A stretch of DNA of 62,987 nucleotides, filler included, from Lenisia limosa (GCA_001655205.1; 11 parts of 11 records of this genome joined end to end with filler, not necessarily neighbours in it); one strand, 5' to 3'; counted from the whole stretch's first letter, positions 39,190 to 52,437 are shown. Program-made: numbers and translations. The notes: generated by a model from the letters alone, not told the origin.

Positions 39190-40649
39190 TCAGCTGGCCA
39201 AGTCAGATGGTTGTGGTCTGAAGACGCGCGTCATAAGATATATTGGTGTATCCGTAGATTAGTGACAAGGATCATCGTTGCTGTAGCACCCACACGTTAA
39301 CTGTTGGGGTGGGGGTATGAACTTATGCAACAGAGACCTGTGCTTAATTCTGTGAAACTGTAGCATGATTCCAGGATTTTTCGAGAAGATCGGTCTTTTT
39401 TAGGACCGTAGGGAAGCCCTAGTTAAGAGCGATGCACCAGTGTAGAAGATATTACAAAATGATTGTGAATAAAACTGCCCCCCTCTGCAGAAGTATTCTA
39501 CATGCCTACCATTGTTTAACTTCTATCTGAGTGGTACCATTCTTTCGACTCCAGTCCCCCCACTTTATTGTTGTTATTTTTTTGCTCTCTGACATTTTTT
39601 GCAGTAAAGTCTCAATTGAAACTAGGATGGATCATGAAAAGTTACTTGGGAATTACAGTGTTTTTTGCTGGATAGTCACGAATAAGCTCTTATGACTTTC
39701 TCTTTTGTTGCAATGTGGTTGCGTATGCACCATTTGATGTTATATTTTTGTTTGGTTTGTGTCTACTTTGTTTAAGATTTCTTTTTTTTGAAACCGTTTC
39801 ACCTCCCCCCCCCCCCCNNNNNNNNNNNNNNNNNNNNNNNNNNNNNNNNNNNNNNNNNNNNNNNNNNNNNNNNNNNNNNNNNNNNNNNNNNNNNNNNNNN
39901 NNNNNNNNNNNNNNGGTGGGACTCTTCAAAGGTTGTGTGTTTTCGTCATCTGCTTGTTTTCTTGTGTGTTTGGAGTTTCATATTATTCGGTTCGTGATTA
40001 GTACCTTTACGCCAATCTTCTTCATCAAAATTTCCTTCGTTTTACTTTGTTATCAACCCTTGTGTGTTGTCAGCCAACAGCGTTGATTTGGGGTTTTTAT
40101 TTCGTAAATTTCCTTTGTTTTACCCCCCCCCTCCAGGACCGAAATGTCCGGCCCAGTTTCAATAGCGTTTGACGGACTTTCCAACGGTGCAGACTATCTG
40201 ATATATAACCAGAGCCAACATGTGGTGCACGGATTGTTTTTTGCTTTCTTTCACACAGGCACTTGTTGATCTGCATTAAGGGCTTGCCTAACCTGCTTGG
40301 TATTACGAGGGAAGCGGACCTCTATGTTCCAAATACTTTACCTATTTCGAACTTGTCGCTGGTGTTGGGAATGCAAAACCAAGATAAGTCCTGTCGGGGG
40401 TGCCTGAAACTCAAGTTTGTCAAGCACTCTTGTGAGGTCATTAAAGCCTCTCACGTGTCTGTTGAAAGTGATGATATTCTCGCAACATTAAGAATTGCAA
40501 AAAGCCAGGGAAAGGTATTTGCTTTCTTCTCATCCAGTCCTTGTTGTTGGCGTTTTGTTATCCGGAACACACGTGTTTCTTTGAAGTTCTTTCGGTATAA
40601 TGATAGAGTATTTTTAGGCCTGATTTCTTTTTCAATAGAGTTTGTGTGA
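39190..40649 (+). CDS. Hypothetical multi-exon gene
   Basis: Exon-like segments GQVRWLWSEDARHKIYW and TEMSGPVSIAFDGLSNGADYLIYNQSQH plus the 128-aa ORF 40263-40649. C-run acceptors lie on the + strand. Structure unresolved. Confidence 0.35.
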
Positions 40650-41639
40650 AACCGTGAATTTGCGTTCCCCTTCCAAATGATAATCACAAAGAAATGAGAA
40701 TGATCCATGAATCTTTCCGAAGCCGTATTGAACATTTATTTGAAAAAAAATAATGCTATTATTATAATATGAAAGATTATAAATCAATTCAGCAGTCTGA
40801 GTGCCCCCAAAAAAGCACATGTAATAACTAATCCTAACGATACATTCAAGAAATCAACATGCAGACGAGAAACTTTCAGTCGTACTCCTGAGCGTCATAG
40901 ATATTACCTGAAGGCATGAGATTGAGTACAGAGTGTAAGCGGTTGTTTTAAATATCACCTCTCCAAACAAGATAGATATTATACGATCTGCATCATCCAT
41001 CCCCCCCCCCCCNNNNNNNNNNNNNNNNNNNNNNNNNNNNNNNNNNNNNNNNNNNNNNNNNNNNNNNNNNNNNNNNNNNNNNNNNNNNNNNNNNNNNNNN
41101 NNNNNNNGTCTTCTATTTCACTTGTTCTTCTACACTTGTTCTTCTATTTCACTTGTTCTTCTATTACAATTGTTTCCCTTCAAATGTACTTATGTACTTT
41201 TTACTGAGGTTTTTTGTTCAGGTATTGACTTAACGTCAGATAATTAAAGAAATGGTTTTATCAACATTGTAATATTTCCATTGTTACCCCCCCCCCCCAN
41301 NNNNNNNNNNNNNNNNNNNNNNNNNNNNNNNNNNNNNNNNNNNNNNNNNNNNNNNNNNNNNNNNNNNNNNNNNNNNNNNNNNNNNNNNNNNNNNNNNNNN
41401 NNNNNNNNNNNNNNNNNNNNNNNNNNNNNNNNNNNNNNNNNNNNNNNCTGAATGAATGAGTGTAACTCTTCTCCAATCAAAAACAAAACAAAACCGAAGG
41501 GGAAGAACTATCAAATATGAACATTATCGAGGATTTGTCTGTCTTTTTGGAACTTTGCTAAGCCGTATCCAACAACATAACAATACCTTCGATAAATATC
41601 GATACTATCAGACGTTTTCACTTTCAGCCGGAAGTGAAC

Positions 41640-44600
41640 CACAACACCCCCCCCCCCAACCTTCAGANNNNNNNNNNNNNNNNNNNNNNNNNNNNNNNNN
41701 NNNNNNNNNNNNNNNNNNNNNNNNNNNNNNNNNNNNNNNNNNNNNNNNNNNNNNNNNNNNNNNNNNNNNNNNNNNNGGTATGACAGTTTCAAGGAACTGC
41801 TGATCCAAACGCAGCACATCACCTTGAGCGGTTATTTGTGGCTATTTCTGAACAAGAAATACAATTTTATGAAATAATATATTGGGATGCAAATAATAAC
41901 TCCAAAAGGTATGTAAATTTCTGACAGTGGCAAGGTCACTTGCTGCTCATGATATAACCAAGAGATATTCCAAGAGATATAAACCTCACCTGTTCCGATG
42001 ATTTCCACCTCGCCAACGTATCGATCAATGACCTTGTTCACAATAGCTGAAAAGATAAACGTTTATTATTCACAGGAGAATGGTGAACGTTCAATATTCA
42101 AAAAAAAAAGGGGGGTGGTTTGTTTGGCGTTTGTAGTACAACATTCTATGTACATAATGGAGATGTTCTAAGAAAATACCAGTCTTCCCATCTCTATCCC
42201 ATCACTGTACCAAAGATTATTCGTCCCTTTTCTAACTTTTAATATATTTATCATTGTTCAAAATTAGGGCTCCGTGCAATTAAGTTTTTGAGGATCTTAA
42301 TTGACAAAATGGAAATTAAAGTGTCTGGAATAGGGTTTTCGTTATAATATGTCCGACTTCAAATTTTGAAATTAATTTTCAATTAATTACACGGAGCCTA
42401 AATTCTTTGTTTCCAAAGGATATCAGCAAACCTTTTTTCTTATGGAATTCTCCGTCAGCAAGCTTCTTATGAATGATCTGGTATGTGAGTAGAAATTCAC
42501 AACGGATGGTGTTTGGTACACATATTATCTAGGGCTTCACTTCGGTTGGGAAAATACCAGTAAAATATCGATAATTTTCGAAGATTTATCGAAAAATTCC
42601 ATCTTTTTTCGAACCGAAGTGAAGCCCAATATTATCCCTTAGTGAAAACTGTTTCCCAGGATTGCATTGTCTCCTGCTAAAAGCCCCATAAAACGCTTCT
42701 AATAAATGAGGATGAAGTTAGAAAAGAAACAAGATCAGACAATTTGAAGACAAAAGAAGATCCCCCCCCCCTCACTTTCACAACAATTCCCGAAGAAAGC
42801 CAGTAATCTTTAACAGCGTTTTGGTGGCTCTTTCCCTCCTCTTGTTCTTCCATTATCTAATATCAGATGAGACGATGTGGGTTAATCAAGGACCTCGAGT
42901 TGGTACTATTACAAGATATTTGGAGTAATATAACGAAAAGAGTAAAAAAAAAAACGATGTGTTAATATAAATAAGTGAGCACACTAAATGAAGTAGAACC
43001 CGGAACGAGCTCAAATCAAGATAGACAGCATTTGCTCCACAAATGAATGTGGGCCCAAAGAAGTCCAAGTTATCTCGATAAAACTTGATAGATATCGATA
43101 TTATCTCACTCATTCGAACTGAAGTGAAGCCCCAAACCCACTCCACCCAACCTCCTTCAGTGCATCCTCGCCCTTTCTCTTCTTCGGCTCGTTCTGCTTC
43201 TCAGCTTCTTCTGAAACTAAAAAGTCATTTTGTCCTCCTAAACTTCAAGAAAAGCAATTAGCGGTGTTGAAACCTATTTGTTAGTGCAAATAAAGTGATA
43301 CATCATTATGGCTTCACTTCGGTTCGAAAAAAGACTGAAATTCTCGAAAAATCCTCGAAAACTATCGATATTGTACTTGTCTTTTTCGAACCGAAGTGAA
43401 GCCTTACACATCATTCAGCTCATCCAAAAATGACGCAATGACTTTCTCTGGTCTCTCAATACTATCTGACTTGCTCTTCACTTCACCCCCCTCCTTTTAT
43501 AAAAAAACTTAAAGATTTCCTTTGAAAATAGCACTTTGTTTCCATTCCAGCTTTTGAAAAACACCAGCCCCCCTTAGAGCTTCTCTTCGGTTCAAAAAAC
43601 AACTCTATTTCTCTATCGAATCGAAGTGAAGCCTAAGCCACCCCCCCCCAAACCTCCAAAAACGCCAGCACGCTTGAGCCCTTCAACAGGCTTGAGGACT
43701 AGAGAGGTGTGAACAACAGAAATGTAAGAAACTAATACATATGTTACACCCTTCCAAAACAAACAAAAAGCTTTTTGTTTTTAACAAAATATATCTACCA
43801 GGGCTGTTGAATGTCTTACTCAATAAAAGGAGTAACTTCAATGGTTTCATAAGTTATCCCCTAACAAGCCTACACGTCATTTTAGCAGCTTGGATGCCGA
43901 TTTTAATCTTCTCATCGTCCTCCTTCCTCTTCAACTCCGCTGCTGCCTGGCCAACGTGAAACGAAAACTAAAACCTCTATGGCCCCAAAAAGACTAAATA
44001 ATTCTCATAAAAACAACATTGATATGATACCGGGCCACTGGGCTTTTAGGCCCAGAGGGAAGCCCTTCTGAAAAAATGTGTAAAACAAAAGGTCGAAGAA
44101 GATTCTAACATGAAATGAGAAACCATAATATGGAAGTTGAATCGGCTGAGATAGATGGATAGTAGTAGATATAGTGAGATGAGATATAAAAACTGATGTT
44201 ATCTGGCCGAAGCCGTNNNNNNNNNNNNNNNNNNNNNNNNNNNNNCATAAAGTGAGCAAATAACTAATCATTAGTAAATTGCTTGAAACTATACAGGTAC
44301 CATAAAAGCAACACTAAGAAAACCGGTCCAAACCTCCTTTGCCTTCTTCTCCTCTTCAGACTCCTCCACAACAACTGCCTTGCCGTGCGCCTTCTCAACC
44401 TGATCGGCGATCTGGAACGTGACTCTTGAGAACAAAGCTGTTTTGACAAAAAATGTTTCTTGCTATTGAGTTAAGCGTGTGAGTGGTCGACAAAGTGAGC
44501 CCCAAACTCTCTTCTGGGTCCTGGCTTCGTCATCGAGGTCCATTTTCTCCTTCTTGTCAAACTTCAGCTGAAATGGCGTAAATCAAAGTGGTTGTAAAAG

Positions 44601-46174
44601 TTGAAATAGGTTCAACAAAAAAACAGACAAAACGCAACAACAATAAAAACAGGACACGTGCCCATGGTGAAATTATGGAGCCTCTGTATTTCAATAATGA
44701 ATTAAATTAAATACAATAGAAACCAGGGGTCCGCTCACTCTCAGTTCGATCAACTCAGGGTTTTCATGATTGTAGGTAATATACCATCCCTTTTCTGTCA
44801 GCTCAATCTCGCATATCTCTTTTCTAAGATGTTAGTGCCTCATTTTGGTTCAAACAAGATATCAAGTTACAAAGCCCTCTCACTCTCCCATCCACTGCAC
44901 AAAACCTGACAGAGAACTCCAACGTGTACCTTAAGGGAATGAAAAAGAAGGATCACCCCCCCAGCAAAACACCATTATTTTTTTTAAAAAAAACGTATTT
45001 TACATCTAAAATGCGACCCCAAGACCCTCCAGAACACACCGTTCATATGCACGTGTTCTTTGAAACTAATGTACTCCTGGTAGGCCTTATTAGCAAAGAC
45101 TCGCTTGTTTGGGTACCTTAGACGTTAATGAAGCAACCGAGAAAAACAGAATATATTAATATATGAATTTTTTACACGTTAAAAAACTTTTCAAAAACCA
45201 ATATTGGAGAGAGGACTGCTCCTATTCGTACCTGGTTCGGAGCATCGAAATGAAGGCCGAAGAGAACTGCGACGAGTAGCTGCCGACAAACCTGGCTTGG
45301 TGAGTGGTGCGTTCTGGTTTCACTAATGCCAGAAAAACATAGTACAGTTTTTGTAAATATCCGAGAAACATCAACAGATTAGGTCTTATTTGACAAAAGC
45401 AACACCTTAGTTACAGGTTTGGGAGGGATTTAGGGCAAAAACGAATATTCAAAGTAAAAGAAAAATTTTGGGTGAGAACATGCAATAATTGGGTTTGCAA
45501 ACGCCTACTTTCCAGGGTTATCTGAAAACACCCGCATCATCCTCTGGTGACCTTCGCTCGTACAATGGCACTGAAGAGTCACAACAATTAGAAGGAGAAT
45601 GAACGATACGAAATGAGGCCGTATTTATACGCTTTTGAGGTAACAAAGATGGAGTATTATTCTCCTTAACTCCTATAGCTAAGCAGTGTGTGAAATAAAT
45701 AGACATGATCAGAGGGGAAAGAAAGGACAATGATTAAATGGGTTTTATTAGAAGCACTGATCCCCCCTTTGAAACCATATAGTAGCTTGTTCAAATTAAC
45801 AAAATAATCCAGAAAAAAAACACTTCTTCCTACTTTGAAGCCATTTTCATCACGACACTGCTTCTCACAGATCTGACAATACCATCGCAGCTTCTGAAGA
45901 CCCTTCAGCTGTTGAGGTGAGCAACAGCAGAATATCAAGGAACCAAAAGCAAAAAAAGAACAGAGAAAGAAACACAACTCTACTTCAAGGACTGGGAAAA
46001 GAAATCTGGTTTGATTGATGAAACAGATATAGCATTGTCACGAAAACAAAAAAGATATGATCACGGAATGCCCAATGAAGAATGACAAGGGGGGTCTACA
46101 ATTATGAGTATTCAGCATACCCTAGAGCGGTTGGCAATGTTCTTCGGAGAGAACTTGTCCTTCTTGTCGAACAT
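41640..46174 (-). CDS. KIN17: DNA/RNA-binding protein KIN17; at least 14 exons, last exons in N gaps
   Basis: Spliced in phase: MFDKKDKFSPKNIANRSR|LKGLQKLRWYCQICEKQCRDENGFK|CHCTSEGHQRMM…|…YQEYISFKEHVHMNG|TRWSSLSGFVQWMG…KGWYITY…DYWLSSGIVVK|IIHKKL…|AIVNKVIDRY…|DVLRLDQQFLETVIP. Confidence 0.96.
42264..42400. mobile_element. Short AT-rich inverted-repeat element related to family C (TAGG(G)CTCCGTG(C/T)AATTAA ends)
   Basis: tagggctccgtgcaattaa … ttaattacacggagccta; ends resemble 61966-62464. No clear TSD. Confidence 0.55.
42530..42628. mobile_element. hAT-type MITE family A copy (KIN17 intron)
   Basis: Family A TIRs; identical 8-bp flanks atattatc / atattatc. Confidence 0.85.
43307..43406. mobile_element. 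hAT-type MITE family A copy (KIN17 intron)
   Basis: Family A TIRs; flanks tacatcat / cacatcat. Confidence 0.85.
43575..43636. mobile_element. Internally deleted family A MITE
   Basis: tagagcttctcttcggttc…cgaagtgaagcctaa; flanks gcccccct / gccacccc. Confidence 0.65.
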
Positions 46175-47572
46175 TTTGGAGAAAAGACGCTCTCAAATCT
46201 CTTTTTCTCTCACCCCAACTAATATTATTTTCTTCAATTGTTTTATTTAAGATGTTTCTCAGTTTCTCAGTGCCTCTGGCTGCAAAGTTTGCTGCATTTC
46301 TCCCCCACGCGGACAGAAGGATTCAGTCAATTTGAAATTTCGAAGCTTCTCCCTCTTCCGACTCTCTCTCTTCTTCCCCTCTTCCAAAAAGTATAGAAAA
46401 AACATTATAACTCGGTCTTGGCAGGTCTTGGCTCTTCTCCGCATCCGCACCCCTCCCTTTTGACAGCGCTCTTTTTCGATTTCGTTCTCTCCTTCTTTCT
46501 GGCTCAATTCTGGCTCCTTGACGACATACAATAACTGACCGCAAACGCAAAAAGTGGTCATAATAAATAGTCACACTGACCACTGACCGTTGAGCGGTTA
46601 TGTTGATATTTCATGGGACAGGGGTCGACCAGTGGCTGGGAGATCATCATGATTCTTGCCTGAAGCAAAAGCAGACGTTGAGCTTAGGGAATCTGGAATT
46701 GGAATATTTCTGGAAACCGGAAAAGGTTGTTCTTTCCCAATTAATATGTTTGTTTGGATTTTGTAAGATTATTTATCTAGAATATATATAGTATATAGAA
46801 CATTGATAAAACATAAAACATCTATTGCAAGACTGTGTTTTTAATTGGCAAGCTTTAAAAAGACGCATTTCATCCCTTAACTTCTCCATTTCCATCTTCT
46901 TTTCTTTCTCCAAACATCATACTTTGATTCTTCTTTTCTTTCTCCATTTTCTCCACTTTTTTTTTATTTAATTCAGATATCAGACGTGTATGATTCTTGT
47001 CCCCGAATTCCATGAGGATTTTGGAATACTCATCCAACACTCATCACTCACAGGCATGGATGGGGGTCATGGGCTCGGTCAAGACTCCTCTTCCGTGCCT
47101 CTTCCATTCATCCATTTCCTCCCAACCCCCATCAGAAATCAGAGAGACCTTCCTTTCCAATTTCTTTCTTCCCCACTTACCACCCAAAAACCCAAAATCT
47201 GGATTCTGGAACAAACTGGGAGGATGATCAAAGCAAAGTGTCAGGAAACTGTAACTCTATGGCTTCTTACTATGGTTTATGAATGTTCGAATGCTATTCC
47301 AATATTATCGTTTAAGAATCGAATGTACTTCCAATATTGGTCTTGTGGTCTATAAATGGTCTGTTTCTACAGGAAAGCAGAGGGTTAAGCTCCCAGGAAA
47401 ACACCCTCCCCCATAAAAAACATCGCGGAGGAGGAGAGGAGCTGAAGAACATGGGGAGTGCGTTTCAATGGGAGCTTGAACCCTTTTGCAGGAAAGCAGA
47501 TCAAAATCGAATCCTCTAACACTTATGTAACAAAGGTCAGCAAATGAATAGACATTAGAATACATTGCACAC

Positions 47573-49487
47573 CTAGGCGTTATCCACGAACCATTTTTCG
47601 GTCTCAAAGACAACCCTTCGCCAGAGAGCGATCACAAATTCGCGGGCCTCTGCCTCCTCAAGAACCTGGGGGGGGGGGTAAAAAGGAAATTTCGATGNNN
47701 NNNNNNNNNNNNNNNNNNNNNNNNNNNNNNNNNNNNNNNNNNNNNNNNNNNNNNNNNNNNNNNNNNNNNNNNNNNNNNNNNNNNNNNNNNNNNNNNNNNN
47801 NNNNNNNNNNNNNNNNNNNNNNNNNNNNNNNNNNNNNNNNNNNNNNNNNNNNNNNNNNNNNNNNNNNNNNNNNNNNNNNNNNNNNNNNNNNNNNNGTTTT
47901 CTGACATTCGAAATAGAGAAGTAGTGCCACAAGGTTTCATCTGCCGAGGCCTCCCAAAAAAGGTACTGAATACAATTGCACTCCTCCCCCGAACTTGAGC
48001 CACATCCGCTTCGATTTCGTTGGTGGAGTGTTTGTTCTTAAGGTGGTCCAGGATCAGTGACACCATGTCCTGAGGGGGTGAGAAAGCATCAAAAAAAAAA
48101 AAAAAAAAAAAAAANNNNNNNNNNNNNNNNNNNNNNNNNNNNNNNNNNNNNNNNNNNNNNNNNNNNNNNNNNNNNNNNNNNNNNNNNNNNNNNNNNNNNN
48201 NNNNNNNNNNNNNNNNNNNNNNNNNNNNNNNNNNNNNNCGACTTTGTTCTCAACCCAGGGCTTCAATTTGGTCATGAGTATCGTGCCCTGAAGCGTCAGC
48301 AAATCACCATTTCGAAACAATGAAGTACGGATAGTAAGGTTCATAAGAGCAATGAACAACGGATAGTAACGTTCATAAGAGCAATGAAAGCTGTACGAAG
48401 ATAGTGCTGGTGGGAGGCGAAGAAAACCCTGCAAACCTCGACAATACCAATCCACTTGATGTTATGGTCAAGAAGAGCGGAACTCTCTTGTTGCGCAAGG
48501 CGCATGATTTCGCGCAAAGTCAGTTTCTTCGCCGCGGGCTTTGTCGATACCACTGTAGCAGCCTGCTGCTTGACCTTTCCGGCAGCCTCTTCTGCCGCCC
48601 TCTTTTGAGCATCGAAAATCACACTCTGGAAAATGTCAGGTTTTGATTCGTTTTATAGTTCCAACAAATATATAGAATTGCCAATAAACATGAAATTGAA
48701 ATGGTAGCGCGGTTAAAGATTATGTAATGTGTTTTTTGCTTGACATTGGTCCAAAACTTCCAGTTTAATGTCGTAATAACAGGCTACAGCAATATCGAGA
48801 TGAAAATACAATATTCGATACTCTAACATCATAATCTAAAGATATATCCGCGCCCTTTAATGGGCTTTATAATAACATACAAATAAATACTCAGCTTTCT
48901 TATTTATATTACATATTAATGGGTAGTCCAGCCCACCAGGTCAACAGGCTTCTCCTCCACTGCGGGTTCGTCAGACGGGGCAAAGATCTCATCAAGAACG
49001 TCTTAGGCGTAAGTGATTATCATCATGGGGGGTGCGGGGCAGAGTGGGGTTTATGGCATGCAGGTAGGGCTTCACTTCGGTTCGAAAAAAACAGGGAAAA
49101 TATCTATAGTTTTCGAGGATTTATCGAGAAATTCAGTCTTTTTCGAACCGAAGTGAAGCCCTAAATGTATCTTATAGACGTGGGCAGTTAATTGTTGGGG
49201 AATATCATAACGAAGCTGTCCACACCATCACGCAAAAAGAGAGATGCATATGCATATGATATTGAGACAATGTCAGGTATCACTTTATAAGAGAAAAGTC
49301 CCCACTTCGTTTCAAAAAAAAACGGAATTTCTCGATTAATTCTCGAATCAATATCATACCGGTTTTTTTTCGAAGCGAAGTGCAGCCCAAGAGACAAGCC
49401 GAACCCCCACAGACCTCCATCCTCCTGCGGCACCTCCCAGACTTTCTCCTTGTCAACGGCTTCGTGGCCCTTAACCTCGAACCCGAC
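47573..49487 (-). CDS. RBM25: RBM25/Snu71-like splicing factor, C-terminal PWI domain (5' part missing)
   Basis: Exons: …IKWIGIVE, GTILMTKLKPWVENKV, DMVSLILDHLKNKHSTNEIEADVAQ|VLEEAEAREFVIALWRRVVFETEK…*. This matches the PWI consensus (PWxxKK…LD…VLDEEAExFxxxxWRxxxxE). Confidence 0.8.
49065..49163. mobile_element. hAT-type MITE family A copy (RBM25 intron)
   Basis: Near-perfect TIRs TAGGGCTTCACTTCGGTTCGAAAAAA / TTTTTCGAACCGAAGTGAAGCCCTA; TSD poorly preserved. Confidence 0.8.
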
Positions 49488-49909
49488 CTGGATCGTCAGG
49501 AAACGGAAAGGGCAAAACATAAAGGGCAGATGTGGATGTGGGTTGGTATGCGAAACGGAAAGGGCAGATGTGTCAGAATGCGAAACGGAAAGGACAGATG
49601 TGGGTGTATTGCGGTGTGTTCATTTGTATCCCAATATGATGCTTCTTAATCACAAAAAGGGGTGTCATTAAATGTAACCTTGAGAAAACCATACCCCAAA
49701 AATGGATTTAAAAAGGACACGTCACACAGGTCTGGGGTTATTAATGTTGGAAATAAACAAGAACATCCTTAGTATCAAGTATAAAAGGGATATCACAAAA
49801 CCAAGAAACAGGTAATACATAATTACAAATTCACTGTTAACAGTGAAGGAAACAAATCATATATTATATATATATCGATATACATATATGTACATATATA
49901 CTACATATA

Positions 49910-49987
49910 CAATGACCTGGGATAAGCCTTGACCGAGTTTCCTTGGGAAATCACAAGTAATTCGGTCAAGACTTATTCCGGTCACTG
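49910..49987. mobile_element. Tc1/mariner-type MITE family B copy
   Basis: TA-CAATGACCTGGGATAAGCCTTGACCGA…TCGGTCAAGACTTATTCCGGTCACTG-TA; inverted relative to the 14056 copy. Confidence 0.75.
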
Positions 49988-50324
49988 TACACACTCCCCT
50001 CAATTTTCCAATTTTACTCTCTCTCCTCCCCCCCCCCCCNNNNNNNNNNNNNNNNNNNNNNNNNNNNNNNNNNNNNNNNNNNNTTAATTAATTAANNNNN
50101 NNNNNNNNNNNNNNNNNNNNNNNNNNNNNNNNNNNNNNNGTATTATTATGAATAATATGGCTCTGTGATGATGTCATGCATGATGATTGCTGAGACCACA
50201 CCTTCCCTCTCTCTCACCTATCAAATATTTTGTTGTTTCATACCCCCCACCATTTAATAAAAAAATGGGGGAGGGGGGTAAATTGGAGAACTTATGAAAC
50301 AAGAAAAAAAGCCCTAAATCAACT

Positions 50325-51700
50325 AACCAGCAAGGTCCACGGCCTGATCGCGCTCCACAGCCCGAGTGTCGGTTTCGCGAGCCGGGAGAGATAAAGTCGC
50401 CACGAGATCGAGAGATGAAGGGAGTGGGCTCGGCAGGGGNNNNNNNNNNNNNNNNNNNNNNNNNNNNNNNNNNNNNNNNNNNNNNNNNNNNNNNNNNNNN
50501 NNNNNNNNNNNNNNNNNNNNNNNNNNNNNNNNNNNNNNNNNNNNNNNNNNNNNNNNNNNNNNNNNNNNNNNNNNNNNNNNNNNNNNNNNNNNNNNNNNNN
50601 NNNNNNNNNNNNNNNNNNNNNNNNNNNNNNNNNNNNNNNNNNNNNNNNNNNNNNNNNNNNNNNNNNNNNNNNNNNNNNNNNNNNNNNNNNNNNNNNNNNN
50701 NNNNNNNNNNNNNNNNNNNNNNNNNNNNNNNNNNNAAACCTTAGTCTTCGACTTCGGAGCGTCCTTTCTTCCCCTGCGTTCGTCCCTCTTGCGCGCAGCA
50801 ATGATGGCTGGCCAATCGTTTCCTGTCAGAGCCAATTCTAAACAGTCAATTGCATCCTCGATAAATATCGATATTTCCACCATATTTTTGATTATAGTGG
50901 AGGCGGATGGATTGTTGGAGTTAGACGCGCCATTTCCGGTCAGACCCTCATTTACTATACCAGGTCCTGAGTCACCAAACAAGCATTGCCCCCCCCCCCC
51001 NNNNNNNNNNNNNNNNNNNNNNNNNNNNNNNNNNNNNNNNNNNNNNNNNNNNNNNNNNNNNNNNNNNNNNNNNNNNNNNNNNNNNNNNNNNNNNNNNCGG
51101 ATAACCGTCAAGTACCCATCCGCTGCCTCCTGTAACAGTTAGATAAAAGTATCCAGTACTTCGCGTGCTATTAATTTGTCAAATAATCTTTTCAACAAAA
51201 CAAAAACAAAAATAAAAAATATGTAGTTATTGATAAAATAATGTAAAATAAATAAAGGTGGTTCAGTCCTTTTTTTATTTTGAAAAACAATAATATTATA
51301 TAAGTGTGGTAAGTAACCGTCAAATACCCATCCGCTGCCTCCTGTAACAGTTAGAAGTATCTAGGATTTCGTGAGATGAATTTGTTGAATTATTCTGTTA
51401 AGCGAAAATACATTTTCTTGAAAAAGTAATTTAAATTACTTCATAAATTAACTGGGTCAGAAGTCAAAGAGACTGTCCAGAAAAAAAAACAAAAAAAAAC
51501 AATCGAAATTAGGCAGGATATTTTTGGTAAAATTGAATTTCGCGCTTCAAAACGACGCCCCCTTCATGTCGAAGTTTCAGTATTACAATAATTAGCTCAA
51601 TCATACTACATAGTTAACTAAAAACACATCCCAGTATTGCCATAATTAGCCCTACCATCATCTGTGGAAAGAAGACGATGGTCCGGGTCACTAGCAGTCT
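50325..51700 (-). CDS. Adenylate-kinase-fold domain protein, SPEF2/CPC1-like (fragment)
   Basis: Exons …STDD|GGSGWVLDGYP, (gap), (E)LALTGNDWPAII, and LDLVATLSLPARETDTRA. 'W(V/I)LDG(Y/F)P…LExALTG' followed by an 'xDxVxxL' strand is the pattern I recall for SPEF2-type AK domains. Confidence 0.55.
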
Positions 51701-51815
51701 GCGGCCTTCAGGGGTNNNNNNNNNNNNNNNNNNNNNNNNNNNNNNNNNNNNNNNNNNNNTTAATTAATTAANNNNNNNNNNNNNNNNNNNNNNNNNNNNN
51801 NNNNNNNNNNNNNNN

Positions 51816-52437
51816 ATGCTCTCCTGGGGGGGGGGGTGAAATTGGATAACTTATGAAACCAAAATACCCAAAATCAACTCTGTTGGCAGACAACAGACGA
51901 GGGTTGATAACAACAAAAACAATAAAGCCCATGCCAAATGAAGGTAGGTTGGGGTGAAGCAAAAACAACCCTAAAAATAAACTCTTATGGGGAAAATATA
52001 TGCTATATGTTATTAACTCTCTCGGATGTCACAGCATTTAAAACGAAACATGATTGATACTCTAGTTGGATAAATAACTAGGACAAAGGCAAGTTCATTC
52101 TCGTACCAATCAAATTGACCCTCCCTGGAGCTCTGGCAAAGAAAGACGGCTTCACACCTGTGAAATAAGGGAAGGTAGATATGGAAATTAATTCCCACAC
52201 ACCAAACTCCTTTTCCAATTCCCCTAGATCTACGAACCCGCACACCGAACTCCTTTTCAAACTTTGCTGATAAATGTTGGATTCTGTGCTGGTCAAAAAG
52301 AAAGAGTGAAAGGGAGTTGACAGATGATTTCAGCGAAAGGCGGTCGTTGTTGCAAACCTTTCTTTGGACACATTTTTCAGGTCTTCAGAAGTGTAGAAAT
52401 CTGTTGGCGAGCGATAGATCGGAGGAAGCCTGTTCAT
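51816..52437 (-). CDS. GALK: Galactokinase / GalNAc kinase (GHMP family), N-terminal exons
   Basis: Spliced MNRLPPIYRSPTDFYTSEDLKNVSKER|IQHLSAKFEKEFG|VKPSFFARAPGRVNLIG|EH; the RAPGRVNLIGEH motif is diagnostic. Confidence 0.9.

Noticed and set aside
41640-46174. Alternative nuclear genetic code
   Set aside because: KIN17, PDCD2L, GcvT and RTF1 splice without in-frame stops; conserved Trp uses TGG and Gln uses CAA/CAG.
46260-47520. Gene between KIN17 and RBM25
   Set aside because: Exon-like pieces exist on both strands, but I could not build a consistent model.
36188-49163. MITE family A as introner elements
   Set aside because: Copies lie inside larger introns and do not supply the GT/AG boundaries.
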